From: a virus
Taxonomy: Duplodnaviria; Caudoviricetes
Virus record (IMG/VR): IMGVR_UViG_3300003320_000468
Location: 3,678 to 67,677 of that record
Direction: 5' to 3' (one strand)
DNA: 64,000 nt
Made by a program: the position numbers and the translations under genes. Positions 52,973 to 61,670 of this stretch are shown piece after piece (the stretch's first letter is position 1; each line of letters starts with the position of its first letter). Below the pieces are notes generated by a model. It did no database searches and was not told where the DNA came from. It worked only from the letters and a program-made list of their open reading frames with translations.

Positions 52973-53786
52973 ACCGCTGCCCGGTGAGGGCCCCATGACC
53001 GACGAGGAACTGGCCGCGGTCGAAGCGGAGTGGGCGGACTACCGCGCCTCCCAGACCGAGCGGACCTCGTTCGGGGCCGAGATGGTGCCCGTCGCCGTGG
53101 ACCTGCTCGACCACAAGCTGGCGCAGGTGTTCGCTGAGGTCCAGCGACTCCGTGGCGAGAACGACCGACAAGAGCGCAGGCTCGCGATGGAGAAGCTGCA
53201 CCGCGAGTCCAGCGTCCGGCGGCGGGAGAACCTCGAACGCAAGGTGATCGGCTGGCGCGAAGCGGCTGAGGAGGCCCGGTCGGAGTGCGCCGCCCTGACC
53301 GCCAAGGCCGAAGCCGCGCGGCAGGGGCTCGCGGAGAACCTCACCGAGTACGAGCAGGTGATCTCCTCCTTCGGGCCGTCGAAGACCATGAGCCGCGAAG
53401 AGGAAGAGCACCGAGACCTTGCTCGCGCGGAGACCGCCGAGGCCCGCAACTGCCTCGCGATCTTCGACGCCGCCATGGGCTCGGGGATGCCCCACACGCC
53501 CGCCCAGGAGGCCGACCCCGCGCTCATCGCTCGCAACGCGAACGTGTCCACGTACGGCGCCGTCTTCTTCGACTACAGCCCGTACGTGTGCGTCCGGACG
53601 GGCTGCGGGCACTTCACGGACCTCCACGCGCCAGGGTGCGGCGTCTGCGACTGCACGATCCTCCTCCGCCAGTCCTCTGCGATGCCGATTCCGCCCGCTG
53701 AGGCGGCCGCTGACGGCCTCGCAGCCGCCGAGAGGACGGGCGTCCGAGAACCGCACACGCGTCCACAGGGCAGCTCTGATGGCTGA
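52959..53786 (+). CDS. hypothetical coiled-coil protein with C-terminal Cys cluster
   Basis: Operon continuity. Confidence 0.5.
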   Translation: MTRTEPLPGEGPMTDEELAAVEAEWADYRASQTERTSFGAEMVPVAVDLLDHKLAQVFAEVQRLRGENDRQERRLAMEKLHRESSVRRRENLERKVIGWREAAEEARSECAALTAKAEAARQGLAENLTEYEQVISSFGPSKTMSREEEEHRDLARAETAEARNCLAIFDAAMGSGMPHTPAQEADPALIARNANVSTYGAVFFDYSPYVCVRTGCGHFTDLHAPGCGVCDCTILLRQSSAMPIPPAEAAADGLAAAERTGVREPHTRPQGSSDG

Positions 53787-55191
53787 GTACACGATCGGCA
53801 GCCTCTGCTCCGGGTACGGCGGCCTCGATCTGGCTGTCATGGACGTGCTCGACGCTGAACCTGCCTGGCACTGCCAGTACGACCCCGACGACAAGCACCA
53901 GTACGCCGCGAAGATCCTCGCCCACCACTGGCCGACCGTCCCCAACCACGGCGACATCACCGGCATCGACTGGGCCGCAGTGGATCCCGTCGACATCCTC
54001 ACCGCCGGGTTCCCGTGCCAAGACCTGTCCCTCGCCGGGAAACGCGCCGGCATGCGCGACGGGAACCGCTCCGGCCTCTGGTTCCACGTCGCCCGCGCCA
54101 TCGAAGCCCTCCGACCCTCCCTGGTGGTGATCGAGAATGTCCCCGGAATCCTCACAGCCGAAGCCGACGGCGACCTGGAACCCTGCCCGTGGTGTCTGGG
54201 AGACCTCGGCCGAAAGCGACGCTCTCTGCGGGCACTCGGTGCCGTTCTTGCAGACCTGGCCCGCCTCGGGTTCGATGCGGAATGGGTCAGTCTGGACGCC
54301 GCCGACGTCGGCGCCCCGCACAAGCGCCGCAGGGTCTTCCTCGCCGCCTGGCCTGCCGCTGTTCAAGACCCCGACCTCGCAGCTCGCGGTGAACGGCGGC
54401 TCGCAGCACCCGGACAAGCGGAAAGCCGGCGGCCACGGCCCGACGCTCGCGGACGAGGTCGAGCACCTGCTGCCGACGCCGACGGCCCGATTGGGGGACA
54501 ACACCTCCAGGGGTGCCGACCCAGCACGGTACAAGGGGCCCAAATCACTGAACGGGCGCCGGAGCAATCTGGACGACTGCATCGCGGCGATCGAGGAGCA
54601 GTCGCCATGGCTGCCCTCTGCACCGCCGAAGCTCCTGCCGACGCCGACGGCCTCGAACCCGAACGACGGGGAGGACTTGCAGTCCTGGGAGGCCCGGCGC
54701 CAGCGGAACCTCGCGAAGGGGATCAACGGGAACGGGCAGGGGACGCCGTTGAGCGTCGCGGTCCGGCTTTTGCCGACGCCCACGGCGCAGGCGCACTCGC
54801 GCAACTCGACCGCGAACCGGACCGACCCGAAGCCGTCGACGAACACGCGCAGCCAGACGCTGCTGGACGTGTTCTGGACTGGGGCGCCTACGGACCCGCC
54901 ATCACCCGATGGGAGCACGTCATGATGCGCCCCGCACCTTCCCCTGTCGAGCCCGGCAAGACCGGGATGCGCCTCGCCCCCCGATTCGTCGAATGGCTCA
55001 TGGGCTGCCCTGACGGGTGGATCACCGCCGTCCCCGGCATCCCCCGCAACGCCCAGTTGAAGGCCGGCGGCAACGGCGTCGTCCGCCAGCAGGGCGCCGA
55101 AGCGCTACGCCGACTCCTTGCCCCGTCCCTGCCCGTCGAGGAGGGGCCGTCCCTCCCCGCTACCGAGAAAGGCACCACCAATGACCAGTGA
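53779..55191 (+). CDS. C5-cytosine DNA methyltransferase
   Basis: GSLCSGYGGLD, AGFPCQDLS, IENV, RRRVF and C-terminal GNGVV. Confidence 0.9.
   Translation: MAEYTIGSLCSGYGGLDLAVMDVLDAEPAWHCQYDPDDKHQYAAKILAHHWPTVPNHGDITGIDWAAVDPVDILTAGFPCQDLSLAGKRAGMRDGNRSGLWFHVARAIEALRPSLVVIENVPGILTAEADGDLEPCPWCLGDLGRKRRSLRALGAVLADLARLGFDAEWVSLDAADVGAPHKRRRVFLAAWPAAVQDPDLAARGERRLAAPGQAESRRPRPDARGRGRAPAADADGPIGGQHLQGCRPSTVQGAQITERAPEQSGRLHRGDRGAVAMAALCTAEAPADADGLEPERRGGLAVLGGPAPAEPREGDQRERAGDAVERRGPAFADAHGAGALAQLDREPDRPEAVDEHAQPDAAGRVLDWGAYGPAITRWEHVMMRPAPSPVEPGKTGMRLAPRFVEWLMGCPDGWITAVPGIPRNAQLKAGGNGVVRQQGAEALRRLLAPSLPVEEGPSLPATEKGTTNDQ
54137..54925 (+). CDS. overlapping +1-frame ORF with LLPTP repeats nested in the methyltransferase gene
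   Basis: 262 aa; LFKTP plus three LLPTP repeats; ATG overlaps the ENV codons. Confidence 0.55.
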   Translation: MSPESSQPKPTATWNPARGVWETSAESDALCGHSVPFLQTWPASGSMRNGSVWTPPTSAPRTSAAGSSSPPGLPLFKTPTSQLAVNGGSQHPDKRKAGGHGPTLADEVEHLLPTPTARLGDNTSRGADPARYKGPKSLNGRRSNLDDCIAAIEEQSPWLPSAPPKLLPTPTASNPNDGEDLQSWEARRQRNLAKGINGNGQGTPLSVAVRLLPTPTAQAHSRNSTANRTDPKPSTNTRSQTLLDVFWTGAPTDPPSPDGSTS

Positions 55192-55771
55192 ACTCACCGG
55201 CGACGACCTGGACGCTATCCAGCAGCGCACCGACGCCTTCGGAAGCCGAGGTCTCTACGGGTACGTCATCAACGACATCGAGTACCAGGGGAACTGGGTG
55301 CACGACATCCACCGCCTGCTACAGGAGGTGGACCGGCTCCGGGCCGAGAACACCGCCCAGGCCGAAGCGCTCGCTGAGGCACGTGGCGAGGTTGCGTTCC
55401 ACCACACCTGGGACGGGCTCATGGCCCTCATGGAGCAGCACTACCCGGAGGAGGTATTCCCGATCGTTGCCGGACCCGACCGGCGGGACCCAGGGCCTCG
55501 GATCGTTTCGCTGGTTCGCTGGGTGGACCAGGTTCGCGCAGAGCTGGCCTCCATGACCAAGTTCGCCGAGGACCTGCGTGAGGAACGCGACCAGCGGCTG
55601 CGGTCCGAGGGGAAACGTGGCGTCGAGCGTGACGCCCTCGCCGCGAAGATCGCGGATGCCGCCGAGCTCCACCTTCCGTGGTTTTGCGAGACCTGCAACA
55701 GTCCAGGGCCGTGCCTCACTCGTGTCCGGCTCGGGCTCGTCCAGGACAGAGAGGGACAGGCCGATGGCTGA
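55181..55771 (+). CDS. hypothetical protein
   Basis: AAAGG RBS. Confidence 0.5.
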   Translation: MTSELTGDDLDAIQQRTDAFGSRGLYGYVINDIEYQGNWVHDIHRLLQEVDRLRAENTAQAEALAEARGEVAFHHTWDGLMALMEQHYPEEVFPIVAGPDRRDPGPRIVSLVRWVDQVRAELASMTKFAEDLREERDQRLRSEGKRGVERDALAAKIADAAELHLPWFCETCNSPGPCLTRVRLGLVQDREGQADG

Positions 55772-55964
55772 ACCGTGCTACCGACTCCAGCGCCACCAGG
55801 GCACCACGACGCTCCGGCTGGACAAGATCCCGCTGCGGTGGGTGCTCGTTGAACACATCGCCGGGCCGCTCATCGAGCACTCGCTCACGTGGCGGCTCGG
55901 GAACTGGCTGTATGCCGAGGCAGACGCCCAAGAGCAGAAAGGAAACGGACAGGCCAATGCGTAA
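55764..55964 (+). CDS. hypothetical protein
   Basis: Overlapping starts and stops. Confidence 0.45.
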   Translation: MAEPCYRLQRHQGTTTLRLDKIPLRWVLVEHIAGPLIEHSLTWRLGNWLYAEADAQEQKGNGQANA

Positions 55965-56235
55965 GCAGACCGTAAACCTGAAGGCCCGATCACGTGATCT
56001 GAAGATGCTCCGCGAGGTGCTCACTGAGGCTCAGACGGCGTCGTGGCGGCGTCCGTACCGGGCGGACAGGATCAACGCGCTGATCGCCGAGATCGACCAC
56101 CACCGGCCGCTCGGCCCGGACGGGAAGCACGGCGACTTGCACACCCGCACCTGTGGTTGCGAGGACAAGCCGGGCTGGTGGAAGCGACTCAAGCGGCGCG
56201 CCGCACGCCGGGCCGGGGGTGATGGCCATGCGTGA
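55957..56235 (+). CDS. hypothetical protein
   Basis: RPLGPDGKHGDLHTRTCGCED. Confidence 0.55.
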   Translation: MRKQTVNLKARSRDLKMLREVLTEAQTASWRRPYRADRINALIAEIDHHRPLGPDGKHGDLHTRTCGCEDKPGWWKRLKRRAARRAGGDGHA

Positions 56236-56581
56236 GGTCGTCTACACCGCGCACTCGAAGTTGAGCTTCTACGCCCGGGACATCATCTGCGAGCATGCGT
56301 TCGGGCAGGGTGTGACGCCGTTGAACCCGTTCCGCATGTTCGGGTACTTCCTGTCCGACCGGGTCGACCGGAGCCTGCAAGGCGTCTTCGAACAAGTCGC
56401 GACCGTCTCCCAGACTCCCGAGGAGCTGGCCCAGCTCATGCGCGACCTCTACGAGACGTGCAACCGTCCCGCCCGGCCGCCGGCGTCCGGCGGCGAGTTC
56501 CGCCGCCGCGCCCTCGAACACCGCCAGAACCGCGGCACCGGTCCGGCCCGCCGCGACAACCGCCGCTGGAGGAACCCGTGA
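56228..56581 (+). pseudogene. chimeric/truncated DUF4406-like gene
   Basis: VYTAHSK..PLNPF..GYFL.DRVDR start followed by an unrelated-looking C-terminus. Confidence 0.4.
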
Positions 56582-56904
56582 ACGCCGCCCTGCTCTACGT
56601 CAAGATCATCGGCCGGGAACTCCTCGGCCTTATCCGCGACGCCCCCAGGCTCCTTGCCGAACGCATCGACGCGTTCGTGAAACACGAGCACGCCAAGGAC
56701 ACGCTCACGGCTGTCGTAGGCGCGGCCGCCCCCGGGTACTTGTACGCCGCCCGCGGCAACGCCCACATCGCGCTCGACATCGCACAGACCGGCATCCACC
56801 CTGCGGACGCGATGGACTACCGCGACCAGGGCTTCAGCCCCGAGTCGATCAGGACGCTCGCCCACATCTCCGCCCAGCCCACCGACCCCGGGAGCACGAC
56901 ATGA
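56578..56904 (+). CDS. hypothetical protein
   Basis: GGAGG RBS; GTGA overlap. Confidence 0.5.
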   Translation: MNAALLYVKIIGRELLGLIRDAPRLLAERIDAFVKHEHAKDTLTAVVGAAAPGYLYAARGNAHIALDIAQTGIHPADAMDYRDQGFSPESIRTLAHISAQPTDPGSTT

Positions 56905-57365
56905 GCCGCGACAGCTACGCACCGCCCACCTCCACCGGCCCGATGTCGCCACTGCCAGCAGCAGCCCAGGAACCCGCCCAGCATGACCTGTGCTGCGCGC
57001 ACGGGGAACAGATCCTCCAGCGCCTCGACCGGCTCGTGGAACTCATGGAGACCGTCGCCCAGGCACGCGCCGTCCCGCAACCACCGGCAGACGGCGTCTA
57101 CCGCGTCAACATCCCCGCCGCCAGCCGCGCCCAGATGCGCGCAGAGGAACGCATGATCCAAGCCCGCCTCGACGCCGGAGACCTGGACGAGGTGCTCGCC
57201 GACCAAGCCCTCCGCCGCGCCGTCAACGAGAAGATCAAAGCGGCCGCCGACACCGCTCTCGGGGATGAGGGTGGCCGGTTCGGCATCAACGCTACCCAAC
57301 ACGATCCGAGCCTCGCCTACCACTTCAAGCCTGCCGAAGGGGTTGACACCACAAACGCCGAATAG
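56901..57365 (+). CDS. hypothetical protein
   Basis: ATGA coupling. Confidence 0.5.
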   Translation: MSRDSYAPPTSTGPMSPLPAAAQEPAQHDLCCAHGEQILQRLDRLVELMETVAQARAVPQPPADGVYRVNIPAASRAQMRAEERMIQARLDAGDLDEVLADQALRRAVNEKIKAAADTALGDEGGRFGINATQHDPSLAYHFKPAEGVDTTNAE

Positions 57366-57451
57366 ACCCTGTCGCATCCGAACCCCGAGAGAACTTCATC
57401 GATCGTCTACCCTCACCACCACACCACCCCCTCCACTCGACTGGAGGAACC

Positions 57452-58192
57452 ATGAACACCACCCGCACCGAACGCGTCTGCGTCACCTGCCCCGGCCTCG
57501 GACGCGACGGCCAAGACGACCGCCCCGCACCCAACTACTACGACTACCAGCACGCCTGCGAGGAATGCCGACCCCAACTCCGCGGCATCCTCAACCGCGC
57601 ACCCCGCGCCTTTGCGCTCCTCGACGCCACCCCCACCACCGGCCGACACCAACACGTCTCCGGCACCAAAGACGCCCCACTCGGCGTCCGCATCGCCGTC
57701 CTCGACGAACTCGTCGGCCGCCCCGCCATCGCCCTCGTCGCCCCGCCCCTCCCCGACGGCCCCGACCAAGAAGGCAACCTCTCAACCGCCCGCATCCTCG
57801 CCCACATCGCCACCGCCTGGCTCCCCCACCGAGGCGCCTGGGAACGCCTCCCCGAACACGCCACCGTCACCACACTCGCCGCGTGGCTCGAACACCGCAT
57901 CGACTGGGCGTGCGACACCCTCCCCCACCTCATGGGCGACCACGACGACCAGCCCGGCCACGCCCGCATCCTCGGCGCACTCTCGCGCCGCCTCGACCGC
58001 CTCAACGACCCCGGCACCTCCAAACCAGAAGCGATCAAGTACGTCCCCTGCCCCGAATGCGACCGGTACACGCTCATCCGTCTCGGCGACGAAGTCCTCT
58101 GCACCGGCACGAACTGCACCTGCCGCCTCACCGGCACCCAGTACGAGAACTGGTCGAAGCTCACCGCCGAAGCCGCCAAGCAAGCCGCCTGA
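57452..58192 (+). CDS. Zn-ribbon-containing putative DNA-binding/regulatory protein
   Basis: CVTC, CEEC and C-terminal CPEC..CT..NC; GGAGG RBS. Confidence 0.6.
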   Translation: MNTTRTERVCVTCPGLGRDGQDDRPAPNYYDYQHACEECRPQLRGILNRAPRAFALLDATPTTGRHQHVSGTKDAPLGVRIAVLDELVGRPAIALVAPPLPDGPDQEGNLSTARILAHIATAWLPHRGAWERLPEHATVTTLAAWLEHRIDWACDTLPHLMGDHDDQPGHARILGALSRRLDRLNDPGTSKPEAIKYVPCPECDRYTLIRLGDEVLCTGTNCTCRLTGTQYENWSKLTAEAAKQAA

Positions 58193-58204
58193 AAGGGGCA
58201 CACG

Positions 58205-58480
58205 ATGACCGACCCCACGATCTCGGCCGACTGGCAGGAGACCCTCAAAGGCGCCCGCCGCATCGCCGCCCAACACCACGCCAAGACACTCCGCAAAGCT
58301 GCCGCCGAAATCGACGAAGCCGCAGACAACACCCAGAACGAAATCGAGAGGCACGGCATGGACCGCGCCGCCGCCATCGTGCGCACCCGAGCCCTCCAAA
58401 TGCTCCAGGACGCCGACGCAAAGGACATCGGCCCGTTTCACTCCCCCAAGGACCACGAAGCGATCGGAGAAAGCCGATGA
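58205..58480 (+). CDS. hypothetical protein
   Basis: AAGGGG RBS. Confidence 0.5.
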   Translation: MTDPTISADWQETLKGARRIAAQHHAKTLRKAAAEIDEAADNTQNEIERHGMDRAAAIVRTRALQMLQDADAKDIGPFHSPKDHEAIGESR

Positions 58481-58779
58481 GGCGCCACAACCCCTGCGCC
58501 ATGACCGTCACCGAGGCGTACTGGTTCACCTTCTCGCTGATCACCAGTGGAATCGGAGCCCTCACCGTCGCAGGAGCGACCGCCCTTCTTACGGTCGGCG
58601 AACGAGACACCGCCCTCGCGGCCCTCGCAGCCGCGAGCGGCCTCTGGCTCGCCGGGCTCATCATCTGCGGCATTCAGACCATGATCGTCGGCATCGAGCC
58701 AGTCGAACGACACGTCCAACCCATCGAAGACGATCCGAACGGCCGACCCTTCGAACACGACACCAGCACCACCCAGTGA
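58477..58779 (+). CDS. two-TM membrane protein
   Basis: Hydrophobic segments; start may be 58501. Confidence 0.5.
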   Translation: MRRHNPCAMTVTEAYWFTFSLITSGIGALTVAGATALLTVGERDTALAALAAASGLWLAGLIICGIQTMIVGIEPVERHVQPIEDDPNGRPFEHDTSTTQ

Positions 58780-58790
58780 GAGGATGAACC

Positions 58791-59225
58791 ATGGGCACCA
58801 TCGAAGTGCTGACCGACGACGACCTGGCGATGATCGCCCGCAGGCTCGACGAACCCGGCAATGACACGTACATGGCAGCGTTCGCCGCCGGCCACATGCG
58901 ATCACTCGTCAAGGAAGTCCAGCAGCACCGTGCTGAGGCCGCCGCTGCGAAGGCCGTCCCGACTTGCAGTGCGCACGGCAACATGGCGTGCGAGCTGTGC
59001 TCCCTCAACCCCGGCAGTTGCGCCACCGAAGCACGGGAGTGCGAGATGTGGCGGGAGACCGGCATGCACTGGGACACCTGCCCGAACCGGGTCAGGGGCT
59101 ACTCCGGCGCCATGGTCTACTTCGGCGAGAAGCTGGCGGATCAGGACAGGCGCCAGCGCGCCGAGCTGTCGCATTTCCGTTTGGCCGCAGTCAAAGCGCA
59201 GCGTGAACGGGAGGAGCAGCCGTGA
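58791..59225 (+). CDS. hypothetical Cys-rich protein
   Basis: GAGAGGA RBS. Confidence 0.5.
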   Translation: MGTIEVLTDDDLAMIARRLDEPGNDTYMAAFAAGHMRSLVKEVQQHRAEAAAAKAVPTCSAHGNMACELCSLNPGSCATEARECEMWRETGMHWDTCPNRVRGYSGAMVYFGEKLADQDRRQRAELSHFRLAAVKAQREREEQP

Positions 59226-59782
59226 CCGGCATCTGCGACTTCGTCGTCTCCCGCCTCAATGAAGCCGAGGAAGCGCTCAAGCTCGTGCCGCGCCAGTACC
59301 GGATCTACGTCTACGACGACGGGCAAGTCCGCGAACCCGAAACCGAGGAGCGCTGGGACTCCGACAGATACGGGTCGTACCGTCAAGACTTCGACGGTGA
59401 CGACATCGTGCCCAACCGCCACCAGGGGTATGCGCTGCTGTTCGACCCCGACCAGACGCTGCGGGAAATCGCCGCCAAGCGCCGCGTCCTTGACCGGCAC
59501 TGTCTCTACGAGGGCGGCGACTACCACTACTGCGCTGGCTGCCCCACCGGCGACGAGACCGGCTACCCCGACACCGAACTGGCCGACTGCCCCGAGCTTC
59601 AGGACCTCGCGTTCATCTGGAACGACCACGAGGACTGGGACACTAGGTGGTGTCCGCACGTCGAAGGCCGCCACGAGACCGACGTCCCCGAACTCCCGCC
59701 AGCGCGCGGGGCCTACACGAACGCCTGCAACCGGTGCGGGACCGGCGACGGCTGGCACTACAGGAAGGACCGGAGAGCATGA
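59222..59782 (+). CDS. DUF6221-like protein
   Basis: FV..RL.E.E, DPDQTLREIAAKRRVLDRH, LA..WNDHEDW. Confidence 0.55.
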   Translation: MTGICDFVVSRLNEAEEALKLVPRQYRIYVYDDGQVREPETEERWDSDRYGSYRQDFDGDDIVPNRHQGYALLFDPDQTLREIAAKRRVLDRHCLYEGGDYHYCAGCPTGDETGYPDTELADCPELQDLAFIWNDHEDWDTRWCPHVEGRHETDVPELPPARGAYTNACNRCGTGDGWHYRKDRRA

Positions 59783-59946
59783 CCGTCCACAACAAGAAGT
59801 TCACCCACCTCTCCGGCGGTACACCCGGGGTCGTCCTCGAATGCTCCTGCGGCGAGTTCACGAAGACGGCCACCGGCGGCAGCCGGAAAGCCTGCGAGGA
59901 ACGCCTCGACTACGAGTTCGAGCAGCACCTCCAGGAGGTCAAGTGA
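59779..59946 (+). CDS. 55 aa hypothetical protein
   Basis: CSCG; coupled on both sides. Confidence 0.45.
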   Translation: MTVHNKKFTHLSGGTPGVVLECSCGEFTKTATGGSRKACEERLDYEFEQHLQEVK

Positions 59947-60236
59947 ATCCGGAACAGGACACCATGCAGGAAATCATCAAGCAGCGTCTCGTGGAACGAT
60001 CGCTCCAGCTGGAACGACACGGCCTCGCGAGAATCCTCGACATCGATCCGGATTCCATCGCCGCAATCATCGGAGTCCACGGCGGCTACACCAAGACGGT
60101 CCGGTACCGCCTCGCCGACGGCAGCGAACACGACCACCAGCTCACAGACCAGGAGATCGACGACCTCACCGAGTGGTTCGGTGCCCAGGAGCGCTACACA
60201 CTCGGGCCCGCACAGAACCCTGGTGACGGGCACTAG
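59943..60236 (+). CDS. hypothetical protein
   Basis: GGAGG RBS. Confidence 0.5.
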   Translation: MNPEQDTMQEIIKQRLVERSLQLERHGLARILDIDPDSIAAIIGVHGGYTKTVRYRLADGSEHDHQLTDQEIDDLTEWFGAQERYTLGPAQNPGDGH

Positions 60237-60299
60237 TTGACGATCCTCAAAACGAGTGTCACACTTAGACCGCTGGTACGACTGTGCCCAATAGCTTCT

Positions 60300-60330
60300 G
60301 AAAGCCCCACCCTCACCAGGTGGGGCTTTC
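60300..60330 (+). terminator. intrinsic terminator-like hairpin
   Basis: GAAAGCCCCAC/GTGGGGCTTTC followed by TTC. Confidence 0.65.
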
Positions 60331-60356
60331 TTCATACCCGAAACGGGAGGCCCGCC

Positions 60357-60641
60357 ATGCTCGACCCCGCCGCCCCCGTCTCCGGCCCCGACGCCGCCGC
60401 CTACCTCACCGATCACACGCCCTCCCGCGTCACCGGCGCGATGATCCGCAAGTGGGCGTCCCGCGGGTACAAGGACATTGACGGGCAGCGGCGCAAGCTC
60501 GAAGCCGTCGACCATGCTGGCCCTCGCGGCGCCGCGAGGTACCGGTGGTCGGACATCGCCGACGCCGAACGCGCCACCCGCCGCAACCCCAAGTCCCCCG
60601 GCCGCGGCCGCCCAAACGTCCGAGAACTGGTCCCCGCATGA
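60357..60641 (+). CDS. MerR-like HTH DNA-binding protein
   Basis: IRKWASRG..ARYRWSDI; GGAGG RBS. Confidence 0.6.
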   Translation: MLDPAAPVSGPDAAAYLTDHTPSRVTGAMIRKWASRGYKDIDGQRRKLEAVDHAGPRGAARYRWSDIADAERATRRNPKSPGRGRPNVRELVPA

Positions 60642-60889
60642 GCAACACCAACGACGTCTACCACGCGAAGGTCAACATCCCCGGTATTCCTGTCTCCGTC
60701 CCGCGGGACAAGCTCATCGAAGCGTTCGAATCGCTCGGGTTCAACACGAACCTCATCAGCTCGCTGGAGATCCACTCCGACGTGCTCTACGTCAAGACCA
60801 CCGCAGTCTCGCCTGACGGACGCGCGGTGATCGAGAACCACGAAACCATCAAGCACACCATCGCGATCCCGATCACCGGGACCGTCTGA
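60638..60889 (+). CDS. hypothetical protein
   Basis: ATGA coupling. Confidence 0.55.
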   Translation: MSNTNDVYHAKVNIPGIPVSVPRDKLIEAFESLGFNTNLISSLEIHSDVLYVKTTAVSPDGRAVIENHETIKHTIAIPITGTV

Positions 60890-60895
60890 CCACAC

Positions 60896-60980
60896 GCCGC
60901 ACTGCCGGAACGGCATACGGACCCGGACCACCGGGTGCCAGCTACGCGCTGGCGTCAGGGTTCAAATCCCTGGTGCGGCA
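60896..60980 (+). ncRNA. class II (tRNA-Leu-like) tRNA with a 4-nt anticodon loop
   Basis: Perfect acceptor (GCCGCAC/GTGCGGC), D, anticodon, variable and T stems; TTCAAAT T loop; A73; loop is only ACCA. Confidence 0.8.
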
Positions 60981-61040
60981 CCTACCCATATCGGCACCGC
61001 CGACACACCAACCCGCCACCAACCGCCCGGGAGGTGCCTC

Positions 61041-61664
61041 ATGCCCCCGTTTGAGGAACCTCCCGGGTCTCCCCGCTGCAAAGCCCGCTCCAACCGCACC
61101 GGCACACAATGCAAACGGCCCCCCATGGCCGGACAGCAGGTGTGCGGCACCCACGGCGGGAAAGCACCCCAGAACCTCGCCGCCGCCCAGCGGCGCATGG
61201 CCGAAGTCCGCGCAGCCAAGTACGTCGAGACATTCGGACTCCCCCGCGAGATCGACCCCAAAGACGCGCTCCTCGAAGAGCTCTACCGGACCGCCGGCGC
61301 CGTCGACTGGCTCCACGCCCAAGTGCAGGAGCTCGAACCCGCACAGGTCACGTGGGGGAAAACCGACGAGGTCACGAAGACCGCGACCGAGTACGAAGGC
61401 GTCGACACCACGTACGCCGCCTCGGTCAACATGTGGGTCCAGTTGTGGCAGGCCGAACGCAAGCACCTTGTGGCCGTCTCCAAGGCCGCGATCGACGCGG
61501 GTATCGAGGAGCGCCGGGTGCGGCTCGCCGAGCAGCAGGGCGTCATCCTCGCCGGGGTCATCAAAGCCGTCCTCGGGGACCTCAACCTCACGCCCGAGCA
61601 GGCGAAAGCCGCGCCACGGATCGTCGCCGACAACCTCCGGAAGGTCTCCCTCTCCGTCAACTAG
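61041..61664 (+). CDS. terminase small subunit
   Basis: CKARSNRTGTQC..CGTHGG; ERKHLVAVSKAAIDAGIEER; directly before TerL. Confidence 0.75.
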   Translation: MPPFEEPPGSPRCKARSNRTGTQCKRPPMAGQQVCGTHGGKAPQNLAAAQRRMAEVRAAKYVETFGLPREIDPKDALLEELYRTAGAVDWLHAQVQELEPAQVTWGKTDEVTKTATEYEGVDTTYAASVNMWVQLWQAERKHLVAVSKAAIDAGIEERRVRLAEQQGVILAGVIKAVLGDLNLTPEQAKAAPRIVADNLRKVSLSVN

Positions 61665-61670
61665 GGGGCG

